Assembly (NCBI GenBank): GCA_020430775.1
Contig: JAGQJE010000206.1
Location: 1,837-65,836, forward strand
Origin: Myxococcales bacterium
GTDB taxonomy: Bacteria; Myxococcota_A; Polyangia; Polyangiales; Houyiibacteriaceae
Reading direction: 5' to 3'
DNA: 64,000 nt
The first letter of the stretch is position 1. Every line of letters starts with the position of its first letter. The position numbers and the translations under genes are program-made. Of the stretch, positions 57,681 through 64,000 are shown in pieces. Under the pieces are notes generated by a model that saw only the letters and a program-made list of their open reading frames with translations, did no database searches and was not told where the DNA came from.

Positions 57681-58517
57681 TCAGGCCGCCGGATCGAGCG
57701 CCGAGAGTTCGACCCGGAGCTTGCGCTTCGCCCTCGCCTCGAGCTGGCGCGCCCGCTCCCGGCTGACGCCGAGCTGGCGCCCGATGGCCGCGAGCGAGAC
57801 GCCGTCGTCGGCGAGCATGCGTCGCTCGACGATGAGCCGCTCTCGGCGGTCGAGGACGCGCAGCGCGCGCTTCATCTCGCCGGCGAGCTGCGCCCGGCGC
57901 TCACGTCGCGCGAGGTGCTCGTCCTGCGGCTCGACGGTGCCCTCGAGCTGGTCGAGGAGGGTGCGTCCGGCGTCGTCGTAGAGCGTCGCGTCGAGCGACA
58001 CGTCCTTCCCGTCGAGGCGCTGCAGCATGCGCTCCATCTTCGTGGGGCTCATGTCGAAGCGCTCGGCCATCTTCTCGACCAGCTCTGTTTGGTCCGTGAC
58101 GGCGTTGGCGAGGCGCGCGCGCTCGCGCCGCAGCCGGAAGAAGAGCTTCGAGCGCAGCGGGCCCGAGCCGCCGCCGACCATGCTGGCCGACCGCACGACC
58201 GCCTCGAGCACGAACGCTCGGATCCAGTAGCCCGCATAGGTCACGAAGCGCGTGCCTCGGTCCGGATCGAACTTGCGGATGGCGGTCATGAGCCCGACGT
58301 TCCCCTCGGCGATGAGATCTCCCAGGCGAATCCCGTAGCGCCGGTACTGAAGGGCGACCGCCACGACGTAGCGGAGGTTCGCCTCGACGATGCGATCGGC
58401 TGCGGCCCGGTCACCGTCACGCGCGGCGACGGCGAGCGCGTGCTCGTCTTCGCGGCTGAGCTTCGGGATTTCACGGACCCGCTCAATGTAGCGGTCGAGC
58501 GAAGCGTCTTTGTTCAT
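57681..58517 (-). CDS. rpoH: RNA polymerase sigma factor, RpoH (sigma-32)-like
   Basis: Region 2 (LIAEGNVGLMTAIRKFDPDRGTRFVTYAGYWIRA), an RpoH-box-like RSKLFFRLR (compare Q(R/K)(K/R)LFFNLR), and region 4 HTH (SLAAIGRQLGVSRERARQLEARA). GAGGA lies 7 nt upstream of the ATG. Confidence 0.88.
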   Translation of the reverse strand: MNKDASLDRYIERVREIPKLSREDEHALAVAARDGDRAAADRIVEANLRYVVAVALQYRRYGIRLGDLIAEGNVGLMTAIRKFDPDRGTRFVTYAGYWIRAFVLEAVVRSASMVGGGSGPLRSKLFFRLRRERARLANAVTDQTELVEKMAERFDMSPTKMERMLQRLDGKDVSLDATLYDDAGRTLLDQLEGTVEPQDEHLARRERRAQLAGEMKRALRVLDRRERLIVERRMLADDGVSLAAIGRQLGVSRERARQLEARAKRKLRVELSALDPAA

Positions 58518-58529
58518 GACTTCATCCTC

Positions 58530-58543
58530 ACGTTACGTAACGT
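58530..58543. promoter_or_regulatory. Perfect 14-bp palindrome ACGTTACGTAACGT abutting the rpoH-like Shine-Dalgarno sequence
   Basis: Verified base by base. On the coding (minus) strand the order is palindrome, GAGGATGAAGTC, ATG. This is an AT-rich motif in GC-rich DNA. Confidence 0.5.
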
Positions 58544-58602
58544 AACCACGAAACGCCCGCGCGGAAGCGCTCTCGACCATCGGCTCCCGCGGTAGCTTAG
58601 AT

Positions 58603-58618
58603 GCAACCCATGGGTTGC
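58603..58618. promoter_or_regulatory. Perfect 16-bp palindrome GCAACCCATGGGTTGC upstream of the rpoH-like gene
   Basis: Verified base by base; 86-101 nt upstream of the rpoH-like ATG. Function unknown (operator or RNA hairpin). Confidence 0.45.
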
Positions 58619-58937
58619 GCGGCTTGTTCCCTGACGCTGACGCGGGAATCGTCACGACGTTACAGACTGAGCGGCGCGCTGAACAGCCTCAGCCGTGGTC
58701 CGGAGTGTTCCACTTTCGGGACGATCGCGACGCCAGCGGTCGTCGTAGCAGTGCCTGGTAGAGGTGCCTGACACCCGCCGGACGCGCCGGACGCGCTCCA
58801 CCGTGGCTGGCGGCCCGCGTGCACCGCGCCTATAGTTCGCCTGCGCTTTCTCGCGGAAGGTTGCCGTCGCGGGCTCATCGCGGCGGTCCATGAAGCGGGC
58901 GACGCGTCGACGGGGCTCGATCGCGAGCCGAAGGAGC

Positions 58938-59264
58938 ATGATGATTTCGCTGACGAGCAGAGCTGCCGAGAAGGTGAAAGAGATCAGGCAGAACGAAGGG
59001 CTCGGAGACCAGGGCCTGCGTGTCCGTGTCATCGGCGGCGGGTGCTCCGGTTTTTCGTACGACCTGTTCTTCGAGGACGAGACGAACGAGCTCGACCAGG
59101 TCTTCGAGTCGATGGGCATCCCGCTCTACGTCGACATGATGAGCATGCAGTACCTCGAGGGTACGGAGATCGACTACGTGGAAGGCCTCCAGGGCGCCGG
59201 GTTCAAATTCGTAAACCCGACGGCCAAGGCGTCCTGCGGTTGCGGCTCGAGCTTTTCGGCCTGA
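58938..59264 (+). CDS. erpA: A-type iron-sulfur cluster carrier (HesB/IscA/ErpA family)
   Basis: VIGGGCSGFSY and a C-terminal SCGCGSSF with the three conserved Cys. AAGGAG lies 2 nt upstream of ATG 58938 (5 nt upstream of the adjacent ATG 58941); the track's earlier start is rejected. Confidence 0.92.
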   Translation: MMISLTSRAAEKVKEIRQNEGLGDQGLRVRVIGGGCSGFSYDLFFEDETNELDQVFESMGIPLYVDMMSMQYLEGTEIDYVEGLQGAGFKFVNPTAKASCGCGSSFSA

Positions 59265-59328
59265 CGCGACCGCTCGGCGCCACCCGCGCGACTCTCGCCT
59301 CGGGTTGCCAGCCCCAACGAGGCGCTCT

Positions 59329-59733
59329 ATGGTCGCCGGCCCAGACGAGGCGCGCGACGGGCTCCACTACCGGAGCTTCGGGCGCGCAACGGACGGCGCC
59401 GCGCGCCGGTTCACGGGGTCGGCCCCTTCTGCCTCCCCGCACCACCGAGGTCTCCCGAGAATGTACCGCTGTGAGTTCTGCAACGTCGTAGCGCCGCCGG
59501 GCGCCCCGAGTCATCGCGTCGTCACCGAGTGGCGTCCGGCCGAGTATCCGAGCCGCGCGAAGTCCCACAAGCACCGCGTCGGTCGCAAGGCCAAGTTCGG
59601 GGATGACCCGGGCGGCGCCGGCTACGAGATCGCCAAGGAGGCCGTCGTCTGCCCCGCCTGCGCCGAGAAGTTCAACGCCGAGCAGCAGGCGGCGCGGGAG
59701 GCGGAAGAGCAGCGCACGGTCGCCGGAGCCTGA
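59329..59733 (+). CDS. Small zinc-ribbon-like protein (CxxC...CxxC), function unknown
   Basis: YRCEFCNVV....(55 aa)....VVCPACAEKF. G/C-ending codons extend upstream to at least ATG 59329. Alternative starts are TTG 59305 and ATG 59461. Confidence 0.55.
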   Translation: MVAGPDEARDGLHYRSFGRATDGAARRFTGSAPSASPHHRGLPRMYRCEFCNVVAPPGAPSHRVVTEWRPAEYPSRAKSHKHRVGRKAKFGDDPGGAGYEIAKEAVVCPACAEKFNAEQQAAREAEEQRTVAGA

Positions 59734-59794
59734 GGGCGTCGTCGCGCGTCCGGCGGTCGCCGGTCGGTGCGCACGATCGCTCCGCCTCGGGCGT

Positions 59795-60775
59795 TCACCC
59801 GCACAGGTCGACGATGCGCGCCTCGAGCCCGAGCTCGGTGCGCACCGGGGCCTCCGGCAGCGCGGCCGCGCGCTTCAGCAGGGCGAGCCCGATCGTGCAG
59901 CCGACGTCGGGATCGAACGCCGCCGACGTCACCCACCCGACCTTCGCGCCCGCGGCGTCGAAGAGCGGGGTCTCCGGTTCGAGCTCGCTTCCGCCGGCCA
60001 TCTCGATTCGCACCAGCCGGCGGGGTGGTTTGCCGCGATGCTCGAGCATGACCACGGCCTCTTGCCCGGCGTAGCACCCCTTGTCGAACGCGACGGCGCG
60101 GCGCTGCAGCCCGGCCTCCTGCGGGTAGGTGAAGGCGCCGAAGTCTCGGCCGAAGCGCGGAACACCGCGGCGCAAGCGGGCGACCTCCCAGGCGGGCGCG
60201 TCGACGCGCCCGCCGCCGAGAGACTCCGCCGCCTCGACGAGCGCGGCGAGCGTCGCGTCATGCCGAGCCGCGGGGACGAGGAGGTCGAACCCGCCGCCCG
60301 GGCCGAGCCAGAAGCGATCCGCAGGCCACGTCGCCGTCTCGGCTGCGCCCGCGGCGGAGAGGGCGTCGACCGCGCGTCGCCCCTGCACCGTGAGGACGCG
60401 CGTGTCGGGCTCCGGCGCGAGCTCGACGTCTTCCATGACGATGAAGCGATCGAGCGACTCGAGCTGCGACTCGAACCCGTCCGCGGGCCAGAGCGTCCGC
60501 AGCGCCCCGGTCGCGTCGTGCGCCCGCAGCACCCACACGTCCGCCTCGACCCGGCCCTTCAGGTCGACGCGGAGCCCATAGGCGCTCTCGCCCGGGCCGA
60601 GCGCGTCGATGTTCGCCGTGAGCTGCCCGTGCAGCCAGGTCTGGGCGTCTGCCCCGTCGATCCGGAGCACCCTGACGTCGCTCAGCGAGCGCACGCCCAC
60701 CGCGTCGATCCACCGCCCCGTCGCGTCCGCCGTCGCCATGTCGGCGTTCATGGCGCGGTGGTAGGGCGCTCGCAA
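59795..60775 (-). CDS. ygfZ: YgfZ/GcvT-like folate-binding protein (Fe-S cluster maintenance / tRNA modification associated)
   Basis: WLHGQLTANI (compare FLQGQ.T.D.) and the family motif FDKGCYAGQEAV (KGCYxGQE). Start could be an internal Met. Confidence 0.83.
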   Translation of the reverse strand: MRAPYHRAMNADMATADATGRWIDAVGVRSLSDVRVLRIDGADAQTWLHGQLTANIDALGPGESAYGLRVDLKGRVEADVWVLRAHDATGALRTLWPADGFESQLESLDRFIVMEDVELAPEPDTRVLTVQGRRAVDALSAAGAAETATWPADRFWLGPGGGFDLLVPAARHDATLAALVEAAESLGGGRVDAPAWEVARLRRGVPRFGRDFGAFTYPQEAGLQRRAVAFDKGCYAGQEAVVMLEHRGKPPRRLVRIEMAGGSELEPETPLFDAAGAKVGWVTSAAFDPDVGCTIGLALLKRAAALPEAPVRTELGLEARIVDLCG

Positions 60776-60847
60776 CCGCGACGGTGCGCGCGGCGGGCCG
60801 CGGCGGCGCCGGTTGCCTGGTCACCTGCGGAGGCGTACCGAAGCACC

Positions 60848-61834
60848 ATGCGTCTCGTCGCGTCGTTGGCAGGTCCCGTTCGCCTCCGAGCTTCGCTCGT
60901 GCCCCTGCTCGTGCTGGGTCTCGCGTCGGTCGCCCGCGCGGCGCCTCCGCCGCCGCCCGCCACGGACACGAGCGTCGGGGCGGCCGCGCCGGACACGCAC
61001 GACCGTGTCGACGGCGCCGCGGCGATCGAGGCGTCGATGCTCGAGCGCATCAACGCCCTGCGCGCGGCGGAGGGCGCGCACCCGCTCGAGCGAAACCCCG
61101 CGCTCGACGAGGCGGCCCGCGTGCAGAGCGACGACATGGCGGCGCAGGGCACGCTCGCCCACGTCTCGGCCCGCACGGGCGATCCCGCCTCGCGCGTGCG
61201 AGACGCGGGCGTCGTCGCCATTCGGCTCGCGGAGAACATCGCGCGCGCCGAGGACGCCGACGCCGCGCTGCGGTCGTTTCTCGCGAGCAAACATCACCGC
61301 GCCGAGCTGCTCGACCCGCAGATGACCGACATCGGGATGGCCGCGGCCGCCGGTGAAGGCGGCGTGTACGTCACGCAGCTCGTCGCCCGCGTCGACCCGA
61401 GCGTCGACCTGCCGCCGCCCGCGACCGCTGTCGGTGAGCCGCCTACGACCGGCGCCGCTGCGCCGCCTGCGCCGGGCGAGGCCTCGTCGGGTGGGGCGGC
61501 CGCGGCGAAGTCGAGCGCGCCGGGGCGAGCGGCTGCGTCCCCGGATTCGGCGACCGTGACCGAGCGCTCGGCGAGCGCCGGAGCGCCCAAGAGCGCCTCG
61601 GGCGCGACGATCGTCGCCTCGAACGCATCAGCGCCGGACGGAGCCGAGGCCGGCCCGCCAAAGGTGCCGACGATGCGCATGCCGCGGCGGCAGCGGGGTG
61701 TGAAAGGCTACTGGCTCTTTCGCTACGACCGGTGGTGGTATTTCCCGGTGCCCCGCCACGCGCGTGAGGGTCAGGTGCTGTACCCGAACCCCAAGGTCCA
61801 CGGCGCGCCGCCCGGGTATCGCGCTACGCACTGA
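60848..61834 (+). CDS. Secreted CAP/SCP/PR-1-domain protein with Pro/Ala-rich linker and aromatic C-terminal tail
   Basis: Signal peptide (LVPLLVLGLASVARA), then a CAP-like core (N.LR...G..PL.....L...A...S..MA..G...H; ENIA; H....LLDP..T.IG.A). C-terminal KGYWLFRYDRWWYFPVP. Start re-set to ATG 60848. Confidence 0.75.
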   Translation: MRLVASLAGPVRLRASLVPLLVLGLASVARAAPPPPPATDTSVGAAAPDTHDRVDGAAAIEASMLERINALRAAEGAHPLERNPALDEAARVQSDDMAAQGTLAHVSARTGDPASRVRDAGVVAIRLAENIARAEDADAALRSFLASKHHRAELLDPQMTDIGMAAAAGEGGVYVTQLVARVDPSVDLPPPATAVGEPPTTGAAAPPAPGEASSGGAAAAKSSAPGRAAASPDSATVTERSASAGAPKSASGATIVASNASAPDGAEAGPPKVPTMRMPRRQRGVKGYWLFRYDRWWYFPVPRHAREGQVLYPNPKVHGAPPGYRATH

Positions 61835-61877
61835 GCCCGCCGCGCTCCTCGGGCGCGCGCGCGGGGTCATGGACCGG

Positions 61878-62684
61878 TCAGCCTGCGGGCGCGACCGGCT
61901 CGAGGCGACCGGCCAGGACGGTGGCGGGTCCGGCGGGGGTGTCGATGCGGAGCGCGCCCGAGGGCTCGACTCCTGCGAGCCGCCCGACCACGTCGTCGCA
62001 GCGGACCGTCCGTCCTCGCAGCGCGAGGCGCGCCTCGAGCGCCGGGACGATCGCCGCCGGCCCCGCCGCGACGAAGCGGTCGACCCAGCGCTCGACCGCC
62101 GCGAGGAGCGCGCCGAGCGCGACGGCGCGGTTTGGCGGGCGGCCGCGCGCCGCCACCTCGCACAGGGACGTGGCCTCACCGGCCAGCTCGTCGGGCCACT
62201 GTGTGCGGCCGACGTTGAGCCCGATGCCGATGACGGCCGCGGCCGTCGCGCCGTCTGCCGCCCGGCTCTCGACGAGGACGCCGGCGACCTTTCGCCCGCC
62301 CACCTGCACGTCGTTCGGCCACTTGACCTCGGCGCGCACGTTTGGGCAGAGCGACTCGACCGCCTCGGCGACTCCGAGGCCGACGGCGAGCGTCAGCGGC
62401 GGGAGCGACTCGAGCTCGACCTGAGGCCGCGTCACGATCGAGAGGTACAGGTCGGTCCCTCCGGGGGAGGCCCACCGCCGCCCCCGCGAGCCACGGCCCG
62501 CGCGCTGCACGTCGGCGAGGATCGTGTGCCCCTCGGGCGCGCCCTCGTCCGCGGCCCTGCGCGCGTCGTCCATCGTCGAGCCGGTCTGCGTCCGCACATC
62601 GAGCGACCGCCCGAAGCGCTCCGCGCCGGCGGCCGCGATGGCGCGCGCGAGCAGCGAGGGGTCGAGGTCGTCCGGCAGGGTCAC
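61878..62684 (-). CDS. birA: Biotin--[acetyl-CoA-carboxylase] ligase (group I, no N-terminal HTH)
   Basis: GRGSRGRRWASPGG (GRGRxGRxW loop) and KWPNDVQVGGRKVAGVLVE. The GTG start forms a GTGA overlap with the nadC stop. Confidence 0.9.
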   Translation of the reverse strand: MTLPDDLDPSLLARAIAAAGAERFGRSLDVRTQTGSTMDDARRAADEGAPEGHTILADVQRAGRGSRGRRWASPGGTDLYLSIVTRPQVELESLPPLTLAVGLGVAEAVESLCPNVRAEVKWPNDVQVGGRKVAGVLVESRAADGATAAAVIGIGLNVGRTQWPDELAGEATSLCEVAARGRPPNRAVALGALLAAVERWVDRFVAAGPAAIVPALEARLALRGRTVRCDDVVGRLAGVEPSGALRIDTPAGPATVLAGRLEPVAPAG

Positions 62685-63538
62685 GCGGGCTCCCAGTCGA
62701 GACCGAGATCTGCCGCCGGCGCCGAGTGCGTCAGCGCGCCGACGCTGATCACGTCGACGCCCGCCTCGGCCAGCGACCGCACGCGCTCGAGGGTGACGTT
62801 GCCCGACGCCTCGAGGATCGCCCGGCCTGCCGTGGTCGCGACCGCGCGCCGCACCGCGGCGTCGTCGAAGTTGTCGAGCAGGATCACGTCCGCGCCGGCG
62901 CCGAGCGCGACCGCGAGCTGCGCCTCGGTGTCGACCTCACACTCGATGCGGCTCGTGTGCGGGGCGTACGCTCGGGCGCGCGCGATCGCCTGCTCGATCC
63001 CGCCCGCCGCGGCGACGTGGTTGTCCTTGATGAGCACCGCCGACGAGAGGTCCTCGCGGTGGTTGTGTGCGCCGCCGGCGCGCACGGCGTAGCGCTCGAG
63101 CGCGCGCAGCAGCGGCGTGGTCTTGCGCGTGTCGGCGATGCGGGTGCGCGAGCCCTCGGGGAGCGCGTCGACGAACCGCCGGGTCGTGGTCGCGATGCCG
63201 GACAGCCGCTGCGCGAAGTTCAAGGCGACCCGCTCGCCGAGCAGCAGGGCCGCAGCCGGCCCGCTCAGCGCGACGGCGTCGTCGCCCGCGTCGAGCCGGG
63301 CGCCGTCTTCGGCGATGGCGCGGACCTGCACGCGCGGATCGACCTGGCGGTAGACCTCACGCACGAGGGGCACGCCGCACAGGACGAGCGCCGCGCGCGC
63401 GCGGAGCGTCGCGGCGCCGATGAGGCTCGGAGGCACGCAGGCCGCGGTCGTGACGTCGCCGCGGCCCGCGTCTTCCTCGAGCGCCAGCCGGACGAGGCGC
63501 TCGATGACGAAGGGCGCCGGCGGTTGCAACGGGGGCAT
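62681..63538 (-). CDS. nadC: Nicotinate-nucleotide (quinolinate) pyrophosphorylase
   Basis: ALEEDAGRGDVTT, RKTTPLLRALERYAVRAGG..NHR, VLIKDNH, IECEVDT, ILLDNF, LEASGNV. Start re-set to ATG 63538. Confidence 0.9.
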   Translation of the reverse strand: MPPLQPPAPFVIERLVRLALEEDAGRGDVTTAACVPPSLIGAATLRARAALVLCGVPLVREVYRQVDPRVQVRAIAEDGARLDAGDDAVALSGPAAALLLGERVALNFAQRLSGIATTTRRFVDALPEGSRTRIADTRKTTPLLRALERYAVRAGGAHNHREDLSSAVLIKDNHVAAAGGIEQAIARARAYAPHTSRIECEVDTEAQLAVALGAGADVILLDNFDDAAVRRAVATTAGRAILEASGNVTLERVRSLAEAGVDVISVGALTHSAPAADLGLDWEPA

Positions 63539-63602
63539 CGGCGGCAGCGTACCGGTCGGGCGCGCGCGAGCAACGCCCACGTGCGCCACCGCGCGCGCTC
63601 GG

Positions 63603-64000
63603 TCACGGCCAGCCGAACGCCAGCACGCGCGCCAGCACGTTGCTGAGCGCGTGCACCCCGCTCGCGGCGCCGATGCCGCCACGGCGCGCCCGCAGCCATC
63701 CGAACAGGAGCGCCGGAAAGAAGACCGCGAGCCGCTCGGGCCGGGGCTCGACCGCGAAGTGCATGAGCGCGAAGAGCGCGGCCTGCGCGAGCAGCGCTCG
63801 CACGGAGATGGGGGCGCCCCACGGCGTGACGCCGGCCGGCCACGCCTCGGACAGGCGCGTCTGAAGGTACCCTCGGAAGAACGCCTCCTCCGGGATCGCC
63901 ACGACGACCCACTGGGTGAAGGCGACGGCGAGCAGGTCCGGCGGGCCGCCGAAGTGGAAGTCGCCGGGTGGCAGCCCGTGCCAGACCGCGTACGCGAGCG
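63603..64000 (-). CDS. CPBP-family intramembrane metalloprotease (CAAX protease), 5'-partial at the window edge
   Basis: EEAFFRGYL (EExxxR motif) and FALMH / HALSN motifs. The reading frame stays open upstream of the track's start (which is an internal GTG/Val) to position 64000. Confidence 0.75.
   Translation of the reverse strand, partial: LAYAVWHGLPPGDFHFGGPPDLLAVAFTQWVVVAIPEEAFFRGYLQTRLSEAWPAGVTPWGAPISVRALLAQAALFALMHFAVEPRPERLAVFFPALLFGWLRARRGGIGAASGVHALSNVLARVLAFGWP

Noticed and set aside
58595-58625. A sigma54-type (-24 GG / -12 GC) promoter overlapping the GCAACCCATGGGTTGC palindrome, read on the minus strand as TGGGTTGCATCTAAGC
   Set aside because: Only the GG/GC spacing fits. The -12 element (TAAGCT against TTGCA/T) and the -24 flank are poor matches, so this is not supportable by eye.

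Overview
Very GC-rich chromosomal segment (about 70% or more by eye, not computed), densely packed with mostly housekeeping genes. BamA/Skp/Lol genes indicate a Gram-negative organism. The giant TPR proteins, the many Pro/Ala/Asp-rich linkers and an RpoH-box sigma factor make a Myxococcota-like source plausible; this is inference only.

I support 50 protein-coding genes and one tRNA-Val(CAC). I re-derived many start codons because the ORF track over-extends ORFs in this GC-rich DNA. Main blocks:
- radA, gmk, yicC
- An 11-kb co-directional run: prfB (with its programmed +1 frameshift), lysS, a LolC/E-type permease, lolD, bamA, skp, a TolC-like gene and an MlaC-like gene
- A translationally coupled run of DUF72, rluD and a three-part ABC exporter next to the tRNA
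- purB and purF
- A beta-oxidation operon
- A TPR / acyl-CoA mutase / FGase operon
- A PEP-utilising phosphotransferase coupled to an RluA-family gene
- A 1920-aa TPR protein next to an rpoH-like sigma gene
- erpA, ygfZ, birA, nadC

Six gene pairs overlap by 4 nt (GTGA or ATGA).

I saw no CRISPR array, transposase, integrase, prophage, toxin-antitoxin pair or recognisable defence system. I cannot point to a clear novel multi-gene system.

The items most worth a second look are:
- A 27-unit GGNNNC hexanucleotide array that is open in all six frames and contains a G-quadruplex-type run (30447-30608)
- Unusual fusions: a LolC/E permease with a polytopic N-terminal extension, and an acyl-CoA dehydrogenase preceded by a degenerate ACAD-like helical module
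- An isobutyryl-CoA-mutase-type (Phe/Gln) mutase large subunit with no B12-binding partner nearby
- A divergent RNase HII-like gene with a large insertion
- A 420-bp palindrome- and repeat-rich region upstream of the rpoH-like gene
- The tripartite 1920-aa TPR protein with 72-bp internal repeats

All family assignments come from motif recognition by eye. No database search was run.
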